Assembly: GCF_001194135.2 (NCBI RefSeq)
Contig: NC_068984.1
Location: 65,868,211 to 65,932,210, forward strand
Length of the DNA stretch: 64,000 nucleotides
Source: Octopus bimaculoides
Taxonomy: Eukaryota
Direction: 5' to 3'
A model generated the notes under the pieces. It was given only the letters and a program-made list of their open reading frames with translations, ran no database searches and was not told the DNA's origin. This document shows, piece by piece, positions 39,120 through 52,715 of the stretch (position 1 is the first letter of the stretch; the number at the start of each line of letters is the position of its first letter). A program made the position numbers and the translations under genes.

Positions 39120-40924
39120 CTTCCATGTTAGCAAGTATATATTAGAGGAAAAGTACATAAAAAACTAAGGCAGAACGAGCATCTCAAGTCATTTATAATA
39201 ATTTAATTAGGGTAAAGTTAATTTGAAGTCTTACAGCTATTTCTGGGATATCCCAAGTGATAGACTAGCACGTCCATACACTACTGGGTATTCCATCATC
39301 AGAGACAAGCTGACTATGTATGAAAGTTCTAGACAGAGAAATTCACAGTTTATAAGGAATAAAATAGAAGAATAAAGAATAAAAGTAGATATAAGATTAC
39401 AGCCAGGATAATAAAAGTTCACAATTCATCTTTTTCCAAATAATATGGTGGCTAGTCCATACTTACATGAAGGTATAGGCCCTTAGGCTTAATCCCAGGT
39501 AAATCTAGGCAAAATTTTGGCAGTATTTTGAATAATGCATTCATGTTGAAGTGGCTACCTAGTATGTAAATGGTACGCATGGATATATAGAGTGAGAAAG
39601 ACAGACATCAAGATAGACAGCAGTAGGTTGTGAGTGAGTGGATAAAAGAGAGAGGAGAAAGAGAGAAAAGGAGAAAGAAAACAAGATAGAAAAGACAGGA
39701 ATGGGATAGGTGCGGGAAAGAATGAATAAGATAAAAAGTAAAGTAAAATCAAAATAAAAAATAAGTTTTAAAAATAAAGAATAAATATAAAATACACCAC
39801 AACTACTCAATAAACAACACGAAGCATTTTTTCTATATGTAAGCCTTTACATTCTTTGATAGGTCCAAATGCAAGCAAAATCAAGACATAACATTTGACT
39901 AAATGCTTCCACAGTCGTTACAACATACATACATTTTCCTTTCCTTTTCCTTTTCTTCTCCATCAACATGAGTACTTTAAATGCTAACTAGCTTTATTCA
40001 TTAAATTTTTAACTTTTAATTTCTAAATTTTTAATCTTAAATTTAATTTAACTTATAACTTTTATCTTTTAAATTTTAATTTTTAAATTTGTATCCTTTA
40101 TTTGATTAATTGTAGTTTTATCCTATATACATTCCCTTCAGCTAGGCATTTACTTTTAACTATCCCTACTGACCACTGACGACATCTAACCTATTTAATT
40201 AATAGACTTAAATATCTTCCTCCTCCACTTTATCAAAACCTTTAACACCTGACCTCTCACCCCAAACACTTATGAAGAATAATGCTGGCATCTTTATTCT
40301 TTTTATTATTATTTTCTATTTTTTTAATTTTGATTTTACTTTACTTTCGATTGCATTCTTTCTCACACCTATTCCATTCCTGTCTTTTCTCTCTTTTTTT
40401 TTTCTCTCTCTCTCTCCTTCTTTTCTCTCTTTTGCCCCTCTCTTCTATCCACTCACTCACAACCCATTTATGTCTACCTTGATGTCTGTCTTTCTTACTC
40501 TATATACCTATGCAGATTATTGATATACTAACCACTTCAACATGAATGCATCATTCAAAATACTGCCGAAATTCTGCCCGGATTTACCTTCATGGAAAGT
40601 ACGGACCAACCACCATACCCTTTGGAAAAAGATGAATTGTGAACTTTTATTATCTTGTCTGTATTCTTATATCTACTTTTATTCTTTATTCTTCTATTTT
40701 ATTCTTTATAAACTGTGAATTTCTGTCTAGAGCTTTCATACATAGCCAATTTGTTTTTCTCATGATGGAATACCCAGTGTATGGACATGTTAGCCTATCA
40801 CTTGGGATACCAGAAACAGCTGTAAGACTTCACATTAACCTTACCCTAGTTAAATTATTATAAATGACTTGAGATACTCATTCTGCCTTGGTTTTTGATG
40901 TCCTTTTCCGCTAACATATGGAAG
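39120..40924. mobile_element. Long-inverted-repeat (fold-back-like) element: about 650-bp arms, about 500-bp spacer
   Basis: About 39120-39795 is the reverse complement of about 40290-40924. The ORF track shows the mirrored peptides (39237-39422 - versus 40639-40863 +). Confidence 0.85.
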
Positions 40925-41047
40925 ATTTATAATAATCAAAAAATAGAAGACTTACATACATACACACATACATACATACATGCATGCATGCATACATACA
41001 TACATACAAACATACATACATACATACATACACACATACATACGTCC

Positions 41048-41455
41048 TTATCTTTTATCCTTTACGTGTTTCAGTCATTAGGTGCTGCCATTCTGGGGTG
41101 CCACTTTTATGTGTTTAGTTGAACAAACTGACCCTAGTGTTTTTTTTATAAGCTTGGTATACTTTCTACTGGCCCTTTTTTGCCAGACTACTAAGTTAAG
41201 GGGACATAACCAAACCAACACCAGTTGTCAAGCAGTGGTGGGGAAGAAACACAAATACATGAACATACACGCACACACATATATTTATACACAATAGACC
41301 TCTTGCAGTTTTTGTCAAGCCAGTCTACTCACAAGACTTTGGTTGACCCAGATATATAGTACAAGGCACTGCTTAAGGTGCCACACATTGGAACTGAATC
41401 TAGAACCATATGGCTGGGCAGTAAACTCCTTACCATGCCACCATGCCTGCACCTA
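41048..41455 (-). mobile_element. SINE family 1, full length
   Basis: Tail tcttttatcctttacgtgtttcagtcatt through head taccatgccaccatgcctgcacct. Confidence 0.85.
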
Positions 41456-41519
41456 TACACAGCCATACTTGCTATCAAATACTGCTGTGGTTGACTTTGT
41501 TTTCATCCTCAAGTACTGG

Positions 41520-42620
41520 GATCAATATGAAGCTAGGTTCAATCCTTGTGCTGAGTGGGCTACCTTACAAGGTATGCAAGAAGCAAGCAAGAATACCCTA
41601 TAGGACCTGGAGCATCTTGACAATAGTACAGAATAGGAGAAATCTGGATTATTAGTGAGGATATATAGATGAGATGTGAATTACAAAGTGTTAAGTGTAG
41701 AAGAACATCGGTCAGTCCAGAATTTTCTTACTAGCTATGGTGAGGGGAAAGTATTCTTCATCTTGTGAAACTCCTACATTATTACCCTAGTTCCGAAAGA
41801 TGGGAGTTCTCCAAGATACTAGAGTGTCTGAAGCACTGAAGCAAGGAATCTGAGAAAATCAAAAAGGATCTAGCTAGACCTTGCAAACACCTGATTGATA
41901 TACCACAAAGTGGTTCTCCCAGAAAAGGCCCAGAGTCTTCATTCTGAACTAAGACAACAAATTTATTCTGAGGGTCCTTACTGGTTCTACAACATCAGTT
42001 TGAAACAAGCTTAAGAAATATATATCACTGGATGTACCAGTTTAGTGATCCTGTTTGCACTTGTTATGAATACCCTGGTTATGTCAGATGGATTACAGGG
42101 CAAAAGGCTACTTACGCAGGTTTTTCAACAGGGCTTCAATATATATGGGTGACCTAACTGTGACAAAAACATTTGTTCTAAAGGTCATTGAGAAACTGAT
42201 CATCACTGCAGGCAGGCATAGAGCCCAGCTAACAGCACATAACATAAGTATGAGAAGGTGCAGAGGAAAACATGAGGGTACTAATCCAGAATGAGGTGTA
42301 AGCAACTGTCAAGGAAAAACAGAACCGCAAACTTGTTGGAAGACATCAGTAGAGAAATTGGTTCAGAAGGAAGCAAGCAGTGTGTGTCAAGTAACATGGC
42401 CTCATCAAATTAAATTATTGCTCCAAGTATTCAACAACATTCTACCAAATTCATCTAGCTTGTACAGTCACCAGTTTTCCATCTGTGTTTAAAATAAGGT
42501 ATCCTGGAGCACTCCCTAAGCAGCTGCCTAGAATCCCTGGGTAAGCCAAAAGAGGCACTGTATGCAATGGATTAGCCACTGGATAAGCATCACCACCTAA
42601 CAAAGAAGCTCAAAACAGAC
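41520..42620 (+). mobile_element. Decayed HERO-type RLE-clade LINE reverse transcriptase
   Basis: Collinear motifs SGLPYKVCK, VPKDGSS, LDLAN, ITGCTSLVILFALVMNTLV and RASIYMGDLTVT, matching HERO RT motifs recalled from memory (SGVPYKVYK, LDLANAYGS, ITGCTISVILFALAMN, AFMDDLTVT). Many stops and frameshifts. Confidence 0.72.
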
Positions 42621-42932
42621 TTGTCTCAGTCTATCTTGTTTGCATATATGTAAATCAGTTCATTGAATTGAATTAAGCCCTTAGCAGGAGAGGATTTACA
42701 AGCAGTATTTTCATAGGCAATTAAAATGAGTACTCAGTCAGAGATAAAATTACAACAAATGAATTGAAACTAATCTAGTAGATCCCTACTATTTTGCTTT
42801 TTGTCCAAGAATATATTGTATATAAAATCGTGCTATTTACATATCTCTATAACAGAAAACACTGATAAAAATCTATGGATATAATGTAATACAGTATTGT
42901 TTAATGCAAATTTATCACAAATAATCACATCA

Positions 42933-43596
42933 TGGCAAATACATTGCCTGTAATTTCATCACAAGGTAATTACATAAGCCAGGACATTGCTGACAAATTC
43001 ATTGTCATGACAAGTATATTGTCAGTAAACTCATCACCAAGATTTTTATCTGCAGAGTAATTTCATTACTAAACATTAAAGTTTTATTTGCAATATATAA
43101 AAAATGGAAAGATAATTCCATCCAACAATCTGGAAAATTTTTGAAATCTTGAGAAAAGAGCAATCAAGAAACATTGCAGAAAGAAATATAAATAGACTGC
43201 TGTAACAATTCAACATATCACCAATGAATATCAAAATTACAAAATACTGGTTTAAGAGGTACTGCTCATAATTTGTCTTTTTAGAGAGTTTCTTCCTTCC
43301 AATAATTCAAACTAGTGTTATCTTTTTACTGTGAGTATGTGTGATTTTATTCTTAATATAAAGTTTGACATGTTTTCTTCATCATGTATAAATTTAGGAA
43401 ACTGAAAAGGAAACTTTTTTTGTTCTTCATTTTTTTTCATTATTGATGGATTGCAATGAGTTTACACTGCAATCAAAATGTTAATGCTTTGTAATGTATT
43501 TACACTATAGATAAAAAGCATGATGATGACTTCAACAATGCATTGACTTATGATAAAATTACCAGGCAATGAAATTACAGGTGATGTATTTACTGT
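42933..43596 (+). mobile_element. Mutator-like (MULE) deletion derivative with TIRs
   Basis: About 65-bp imperfect inverted ends (aaatacattgcctgtaatttcat / atgaaattacaggtgatgtattt). Internal HPTIWK..EILRKEQ (frameshifted) and LRGTAHNLSF* resemble the MULE transposase C-terminus. Confidence 0.6.
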
Positions 43597-43802
43597 AATA
43601 TATATATATATAAATAATTTATTAGCAAAGGAAGTGGTATTAATACCAAGAGTTAATCTTTATATCCAGCTTAACATGGATGTCTTGTTAGAACAGTGAA
43701 TACTGTGCTATTAGTCTTGAGAGATCATCTCATATAGGAATTTGGTGCATAAAAGCACACACATAGATCGTAACAGACAATAATTATCTGTCATGTGTGC
43801 AG

Positions 43803-43970
43803 GAAGTCTGATATCATATAATTTCATTCCACTGGAAATTATCAGTCAGAGGTGTCTAGACACCACATACCAGTCAAATCTCACAATATATAGAATATTA
43901 ACATCTTTTCAGACACTAATGTCACAAATAGCTAGAATGCTCAACGATTCTCATTTACTACAGTCTATGT
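43803..43970 (+). CDS. Candidate exon (SLISYNFIPLEIISQRCLDTTYQSNLTIYRILTSFQTLMSQIARMLNDSHLLQSM)
   Basis: An 80-codon frame opens at acceptor tgtcatgtgtgcag|; donor |gtatgc gives 168 nt. Confidence 0.25.
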
Positions 43971-44571
43971 GTATGCAACGAATTTGCCAAACATATGACA
44001 GTATAATATTAAAAGAGACTAATCTAAAAAAATATGTTGAAAAATAACAATACTGAATTTATAGAAAGACTGAATAATTCTTATGAAATAAAAATATAAA
44101 GAATAGTCCCTAATCATTAAAGCAATTATTATATTTACTACTTACAAAGAAAACGTTTCATTTTGATCCAGTCTCTTCAATCAATACAACATAGGTATAT
44201 GTGTTTGCAGTTATACGCATAGAAAACAACAAGCAACTAAGAGAAATTAAATATAATATAGTAAATAATTGAATTAAGACTGAACAAAACTAATTTTAAA
44301 GAGTGTTTTAGATGTCCAAGTGTACTCTGTATCCATGTACATGCTCGTGGGAGTGTGCATGCATTTATTTAATTAAACATAGTCTTTTCCATTTAACTTC
44401 TTTTAAATTTTAGCATAGCAAAGTTGGCAGTCAATTTGCTTGTCTTCATAATGAAATACTACTCTGTGAAGAAAATGCTTTTACATTTAAGAACAGCTAT
44501 CAAAATTTATTTCCAGATTTTGTTTAAAACTTTGATTATTGCGTGTGTGTATATGTGAGTGTGCATTGACA

Positions 44572-44604
<33 letters not shown>

Positions 44605-46037
44605 ATGTGTGTGTTCATGCATGCATAATGTGTTTCTGTTTACTGCATAGGTGAATATGTATCAATAAGTTTATGACAAGTGCGTGCATGCATTTAAAAT
44701 CATATATCCAAAGTAGCTCATATACACAATCAAATGCTTAGGTTTGTATTCTCTAGTGTGTATATGTATTTATACTTAAGAATTTCTGTGCTGATGTAAA
44801 CAGAACACTAAGATCCATATCCACATATAAGTTACTATACAATGGAACTACCAAGTTCATGAGATAATTTATGAAACTGAATCTGTTTTTGTCTAAATTC
44901 AATCCTTCACAGAATTACATTACAGATGCAATGCAAAATTTGGCACCAATATTTATTGTTGTCCGTGCTTATTTTAAGATTTATACTAATTTGGTTGCTT
45001 TCTATTGCAGTATTCCTTTCAAAGAGGCACAAATATTCCTGCTTATGTAGATCAAAATGATAATCTAATTTGCTTTATTTTGAAAATCTCTGCATAATTT
45101 CTAAGAAAAAACGGAGCAGAAACAATTTCATCAAAGTGCATTCATTATAAATACAAATATCTTCTTTTTATTTTACTTTTTAATGTATTCATTATGCTGT
45201 TTTTTGAAGACAGAAATATAAATAATTAACTAGATGAACAAACAAATAAATAAATTCAAGAGTAAAACATAAATTCAACTCATGTAAGAGTTTTTGCATC
45301 AGTCATTTGTTCTGGAAAAGTACCAACTAATTTCTTTTGAATGAACCTCCTTGAATGTAGGAAAATATGTTTTAGACCTTAAATTATTTTGCTTGCCAAA
45401 TACAAACTTGAATGACAGCAAAAATAAACCTAGCATTGATGACATCAATGGTAATAACAATAAGGTAAGAATAATCAAGATATATTTAATTCCTGACAAA
45501 ATACTTCATTGCACAAGTACACTGGAACTCACAAGCAGCCACCTATGTATAGATCACTCAACCCCACTCTATTCAATGACTTATGCCAGAATTCCTAGCA
45601 GAGAAAGTAGTGTTGTTGAAATCAGCAAAACTGTAAATTGATCTGGCAGAAACTTATAAGGATTGGTTATCATCAATCCATCTACACACCATGTGATGAT
45701 AATGGATATCTCGTGGTAAAATGACTGTCAAAATAACAATTATTTTTCACTTAACAAATAAGATATAGTTTTACCCATCAACTGAATAATATGCGAACTG
45801 AAAACTAGTTTTTAGATTAAATTTTATCCATGCTGATGCCTTCTTGTTGTTCATTTATAAAGTTAGAGCAACTAAACACATCATCATCATCCTCATTATT
45901 TAACACCCATGTTCCATGTTTGCAGAAAATATACTGCATTCCATTGCAACTTGTTAGCAACAAAAATATCAATTCATAGTGACATGTCCATATTACAAAG
46001 AAAATAAAATTGCAGTCATATGTCTATATTAAAGACA

Positions 46038-46274
46038 AAGATGAAAGGTCTTTCCAAAGCCATAGGCTTGTTTCCCAGATTGTGTGACATATATACTCCC
46101 CAACTGGACAGAATGCTGGTCCATTGCAGGATTATTCATTTTTGCCAGCTGAATGGAATAACATGAAATGAAGTGCTTTGATCAAGAACAGAACACAAAG
46201 CCTAGCCCAAGAATCAAAACCAGAATCTTGCAATCATAAGCGCAACAGACTAACTACTAAACCACACGCCTCCA
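46038..46274 (-). mobile_element. SINE family 3
   Basis: ttgccagctgaatggaataacatgaaatgaagtgctttgatcaagaaca ... aactactaaaccacacgcctcc. Confidence 0.78.
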
Positions 46275-47044
46275 TGCCCACATGAATAAAAATAGGTAAA
46301 AACATAGTTCTAGCACCTTTATAGTTCCAATCATGCTTTATCACATTGTTTTCAATAAATTTAACACAAACCACAAAATTAATTTGAATATTGATAATCT
46401 CAAACAGAATAGCCTACTAATATGAGTTAATCACACATATATCACTTTGTACCAACAAATTAGAATCAGTATTTAGTTCATAAAGTTAAAAAAATTAGTA
46501 GCAAATACATAATAACAAATATTACTAAAGTATTTAATATTTTGTCTCATTATATTCCAAGATCAATTCCAGGGTTAAGAAAATAAAGTGCCTGTCAAGA
46601 ACCAGGGTCAATATAAGTGACTGTATACCTGTTTATAAACCTCTGGCTTAGTGCCTATATTAGAAATAATTATCTCATACACTATGAAAAACCCCACAAT
46701 TATTATCATTATTACTAATCTCCTCTCACATATTCTTTGTACTAATTACAATTGATATAAAGGAATGAATAATTATTCATTCCCTTAATATACTTAGAGG
46801 TACTTTTTCTTTCCTCCTGATATAAGCATAAAACAAAGCCTGGAAGATGCAGATTGTAAGAGTGCACTTTTGAAGCAAGTCTGATGAAGTGCTGCTCTTA
46901 ATGTCTAGAACACAAATACTACACAAATTTTGATTTCAAACTTTTGCATGAATTGGCATAGTAAGTAGAGTTGATACAGAAACAATTGTAATTGATCATT
47001 AAAGATATGTTATAGAATTTCTTTATCTTGTTATTTGGATTATA

Positions 47045-47594
47045 TCGGGTTATTCAAAAAGAAAGAGTAGATTTCAAATTTATTTTTGAAACAAACGGTA
47101 AGAGACACAAACACATTCTACATTTTTGTTGATAGGGGAAGGTTTAAAGTTTATAGCTGAATATGTTCAATTGAATTATGCCTTAAATAAAATAATATTT
47201 TAATTTTGTTTTAATGTTTCATTTTGTTCATTTTATTTAAAGTTGTATAATTTTCATTTGTGTAATCCCTTAGAAAATGGCAATGCCACAAGAAAAATCC
47301 TTTTGTGTACTGCAGTTTGAGAAATGCAAATCGATTGTGCAAATGCAACATGAATTTTGCCGTCAATTCGATAAAAATCCACCTCGTCACAAGTAAATTT
47401 ATGAATGGCATAAAAATTTCACAGAAAAAGTTCGCATTTGTAAAGAAAAAAGCACTGGTGCTCATGTTGAGTGCATACTGCCTTAAAATGAACTTTAAAC
47501 CTTCCCCTATCAAGAAATATGTAGAATGTGTTTGTGCTTATTACAGGTTCTTTTAAAAATAAATTAAAAATCTCTTTCTTTTTGAATAACCCTG
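47045..47594 (+). mobile_element. Tc1/mariner-superfamily non-autonomous element with TIRs and N-terminal HTH (DUF4817-like) transposase remnant
   Basis: Left TA|tcgggttattcaaaaagaaagag, right ctctttctttttgaataaccctg|T. 47277-47460 reads MAMPQEKSFCVLQFEKCKSIVQMQHEFCRQFDKNPPRHK*IYEWHKNFTEKVRICKEKSTG. Confidence 0.85.
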
Positions 47595-50352
47595 TNNNNN
47601 NNNNNTATATATATGTATATATATGTGTGTGTATGCATGTATATATGTATGTATTGCAGTACCTTATAATTTAGAATTATATCTACAAAAGTATCAGAAA
47701 TTAAGGCAGTTTGATTTGCTTTGCTATTTTTTAATTACAGCTAATAAGAGAATAACAAATAAAATACATGAAAATGAATTACTTTTTAGCTTTTACCTTC
47801 TGCTGAAGAAAGAAAAAAATGGTTATATAAGACTACATGAGGAATTAACCAATAATTTGACTATCCTTAGAAAAACTCTAATCTGACTGATGATTACATT
47901 ATGAGAAATAAGTTATTCTCAATAAATTGATTAGGTTAAGAATAAACCATTTTAATCCAATAGAATTAATCTACATTGAAATGCTGTGATGAATACAACA
48001 CAAATTTCTCTACTTGATTTTTAAATAAAAGAAAACATTGTCTCTTTATAAAATTTTATTAAATTTGAAGCAAAAGGACTCCAAATTATTGACATCAAAA
48101 CATATGATGTAAAGTGAAAAAAAAATTAATAAATTATTTATGTACAATTTATGTGTATTCAACCAAAGTTGAAAGCATATATTTACTTAAAAATCCACCA
48201 TTTTGTTAGAAACCCACTTTAATATCAAATATTTTTCATTCAAAATTGACCAATATACAAAAGCAATTATTAACTTAGCATTAAAATACTAATAAAAATA
48301 TATACAATATTGATGCATATATTTTACTTTCATTTTTCATTTGTTTAAACAATTGCTTTAAAATCAAACGTATTTTACTCCACTCATTCTATTACTTATA
48401 AAAAAAACAAGAATTTCTTTTTATTTAGTTTTTACAGACTACTAAAATAATGATTTTATATTTTTATTTATTCAATCCAATAATCATATTCCATTTTGAA
48501 GTCAGAAATTATTTTATTTTTAATTATTATAACTTATATAATTTCGCTAGTTTGTGTTTTGGAAAGTTTTGAACGTTTTAGAATTGAGATATTAGTATTT
48601 CTTCAATTAATGTACGCTTACAAAGATATTTACCATATTTTTCAAATTTATTTTACTACTATCTACAAATATTGATCATTTAAAAAATAATTTATATAAA
48701 TATTTATTAGAATTTTACTTTACAATGTAAAAAGCAACGTTGGATTTCATTGTACAAAAAAAAATCAATTGAAATATTTTAAAGTAACATTTGCTCTATT
48801 TCAGAAAAAAAAGTAAAAATCTAAATATATAAAAAAGAAGTGAATAACAGTTTGCTAATAATAACTTTGGTAAGTAACCAATGCAAGTAGGCAACTGAAA
48901 TATTCCAATGAAAGCAGCAAGATGTTATTGTAATCTAAATGAGTGTCTGTCTTAACATTGTAGGTCGTAAAACTCTCAATATGGCTATTAAAGCACATGA
49001 CCTTAGTCTACATAAAAAAATACTACAATGGTAACTCTAGTGATTACTGGTTGGTGCTTTGTGTCTTCTATTATGAAAAGAATTCATCTTTCCATGGAAA
49101 ACACAAACAAACTGTTTTTTGATTTAGTCTTGACAGAATGTAGATAATGTATTTCACAGTTCAGTTGCCTCTAAAAGTTGTGTTTTTGTTCTTTACAATT
49201 AATAATTGGCTCATTATAGACACACACACATATGTCCATATATACATGTGTATGTGTGCGTGTACACACACCTATGTATACATACACATATAAATACATA
49301 CATATGAACATGTATATATATATGAGTGTGTGTGAGAGAGAAGGAGAGAGAAAAAAACAGAGAGAGATAGAGAGAACAGAAGGTGCAAATATATTTTCCA
49401 GAAAGTTGATGTTAGAAGGTATCAAGTAAATATAGGCATATTGCCAAATAATGACTTAAACAGTAATGGTGAAGCATTTCAAACTTATTCAAAAAGATAG
49501 CAAAACAAAATGTATATGTCTTCATTAGGATTCTGAAATGGTGGAATGATTCTATGCTATACAATCTCTTTCAAAATGTTATGATTAAAATTTCTTGAGA
49601 TATTAGTGTAAAGGTCATTACCATTCAGACTCAGAACACTGTAAAAGACGAAATTATCATCTACTAGACACAGTTTGAGGAAAGGGGTGTTTCTTTATAA
49701 GAATAAATTAATTCAACTTTAAATCATAAAATTAATCTTAACAGTCAAATCACTTAATAAAATTCTAATTAAATTCTCTTCTAAAAATGCAACAAAAAGA
49801 AATAGTACAATAATAACATATGATTTTTATTAATTCATTAATTATATTTTTAGAGCTGAAAAATTTCAGATTTTTTTCTCCTACAATATTTGATATATTA
49901 CTAATAAAACAATAATAAAAGAAAATGCAATAAATGACTTTAAAGATGTTAATGATTTTCTGAAGTAACATGCATTTTCTTAAGTTTTTATACATTCTTC
50001 AAAAGTATTTCAGATTAGACTAATATACAAGTCAATAGAAGATTTAAAAACTTGTATTAAGGTATTTCTTGTAAAAATTTCATTTGGAGTAAAATTTTAT
50101 AATTTAATGAGATGGGGAGAGGCAATGTTCATGACCATTGAAACTGGTGGATGGGAAGCATGGAAAAAGAAACCATGACTCAGTAATAGCTAAGATTAGA
50201 AAGCAGTCTATCAAGAAATAAAGTTATCCTTAGGCACAGTTATAGCTGTTTGGTAAGAAGTTTGGCACTAACCAAGACATTGTGAGTGAATTTGACTAAC
50301 ACAAACTGAATGATGTCTTACACACACACACATACATATATATATAACTATA

Positions 50353-51505
50353 TATGGCTCTTCCTGACATGGAGAAGGCCTTTTACAGGGTACTCCACTC
50401 TTTCATCTGGTGGGCAATGTGGAAGCCAGAGATATATGATTGGTGAGTGATTGGTAAGAGCTGCTGTACAAGTAATGTACAGGGAAGCTGTCAGTAACGT
50501 GAAAGTCAGCAATGAGTACAGCAAGGAATTGGAATGTACAAGGAGTTCACCAAGCATCAAATTTCATCCTCCTCTTGTTAATCATAGTCCTCCAGCTCAT
50601 AACAGAGGGATTTAAGACTGGCTGCCTTCGTGAGCTCTTCTATGCCAACAATTTTCAGTTGTGGAAGTAAGGTCTGGAAACAAAGGGCATTTGAGTTAAT
50701 TAAGCAAAGGCCAAAGTCCTGGTAAGTAGGAAAATAAGCAAATCACAGATCCCTTCAGGGAGATATTGGCAGAAACTTCATACAGTATACCCAGTGCAAG
50801 ATATGGACACATAAGAAGTGCAGTGGTATCACAGGAAGGCTAACAGAGAAGGTAATCTATGCTTGTGGCAGATGTGCAGAAACATTAAGTACTAGGAATG
50901 TACAGAAAATAGACTCTCTCACATGTCCAGAGCAATCCTTAGAAGTAGTAGTTAGTTTCTGTTACTTAAGCAACCAAGTTAGCAGTAGAGAAAGTAGTTC
51001 TGAAAGTGTAGCAGCAAGAATAAGAATGGGCTGGGTGAAGTTCAGAGAGCTTCTAATTTTGTTAGTAACAAAAAGCCTCTCCCTCAGAATGAAAGGTAGA
51101 TTGTATGATGCCTGTGTACATACAGCTATACTAAACAGTAGTGAGGCATGGACTATGGCCACTGAAGATAAGCAAATGCTTGAAAGAAATAAAGCCAGTA
51201 TCCTCTACTAGAAGGGTAGTATTAGCGTGCATGTGTGATGGAGTGTAAGTGATTTGAGAGAAAAATTGTGTATACAAGGTATCAGATGTATCAGGTGTAT
51301 ACAAGGTATCAGGTACAAGAGACTGTGTTGGTATGGTCATGTTATGCATATAATGAGGACAACTGCATCAACAACTGCCAGTCTCTAATTGTAGAGGTAA
51401 TATGTGGAAGGGGTAGACCCAGGAAGACATAGAACAAAGTGGTAAGAAAGGACCTTCAGATGTTGGACCTTACAGAGATGACAAGGGCCCAAGACTTCTG
51501 GTCCA
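50353..51505 (+). mobile_element. RTE LINE RT pseudogene fragment
   Basis: DMEKAFYRV, GVHQ, LFYANN (YADD equivalent), GWVKFRELL...LYDACVHTAILNSSEAW, RLCWYGHVM, GRGRPRKT; many disablements. Confidence 0.88.
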
Positions 51506-52677
51506 ATGATTGAAATGAGTGAAAAAGATAAAGATTAACTTGAAGAACAAGTCCAAATGCTTGCAAGAGAATAAATACTGTTAAATTCAAAGAAAATGCT
51601 TAGCTGGTGGTGCTAAGTGAAGCAACAGATTAAGATTACAATTCAAATCGAAACACATTCCATTTGACAGGCTTCTACACAGTTTCTGTTAACCTAATTT
51701 TACTAGCAAGGCTCAGATTATCTCAAGGATATGAGGTAGAGCTATGTAGTAGGATTAAGCCTTGAACTATTTGATTGCAAAACAAATTTATTAACTATGT
51801 AGCCACTACTGTGTCTAGATAGCTTTATTGGGTTTCTATCGTATTGAATGTAAAAAATGAAAAAAAAAAAATGTAAAAAAGAAAATATTCATTCTGAATA
51901 AGAAATCAAAACATTCTCAAGAATTCAATACCATCACCTTTACCTTCTTCTGCACAACCAGCATCATAGAAAATATAGCTGATGAAAATTGGTCAAACCA
52001 GAATTGTTTTTGTTTTGAAAGCATATGAAGTTTAATTGCAATATTTTATTAGTTATTATGACAAATATGCTATTTTCTATTATTTCTTCTCAAATATCAC
52101 TTGAAAAATATTGAAGTAACGAAAACCAGTATCACTATATTTGTATTTATTGCAAAATATATTACAAAGAAAATTACATAGTAGACCTAGAATGACCTAC
52201 ATAGAGAGAGAGAGAGTGATAGAAAGAGAAAGTGTCAGAGGGAGGCTGAAAGAGACAGAGGGAGAAAAAGTGAGAGAGAGTGTGAGAATGCCTGATATTA
52301 AGCATAATCTATTTTTAAATCTGTTTTACATTTCACTTCATAATTCCTTACTTGAAGCATATTTTTCTGAGAAGAAAAGGCACAGTTAGAGCATATCCCA
52401 TCTGGCAACTCTGTTCTATTATGATAGCTTGATGGGGGTGAATGAAATTTGAATAGATTTGAATTGTTGCACATTGATAGAAGGTGACAATAATTTGGGA
52501 AGAACTCCCAGAGTAAAGAATTCAATTAAAGAAAGGATGAAAAAGGAAAAAAAGAGGATTTATGACAGTCACATCATGATGTTCCCATTTTACCATCCAG
52601 TCTGCTTACATTTGAAAAAGTTTCAGTCATAAAAGGAATGGAAATAAAGTCTATCTATCAGTGCTTGCTTGTTTCAG

Positions 52678-52715
52678 TTTCAATGATTTAGAGCTATTTT
52701 GCAGTCCAGAATTTA
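52678..52715 (+). CDS. Candidate exon (FNDLELFCSPEF)
   Basis: Acceptor gcttgcttgtttcag|, donor |gtatgg; phase 2 to 1, compatible with 53809. Confidence 0.25.

Noticed and set aside
39895-39935. Minus-strand CNDCG(K)AFSQ resemblance to a C2H2 zinc finger
   Set aside because: Needs a frameshift, has no downstream histidines, and is a single short match.
39237-40863. Mirrored hydrophobic ORFs in the long inverted repeat
   Set aside because: Low-complexity T-rich frames duplicated by the inversion; lengths differ and there are indels.
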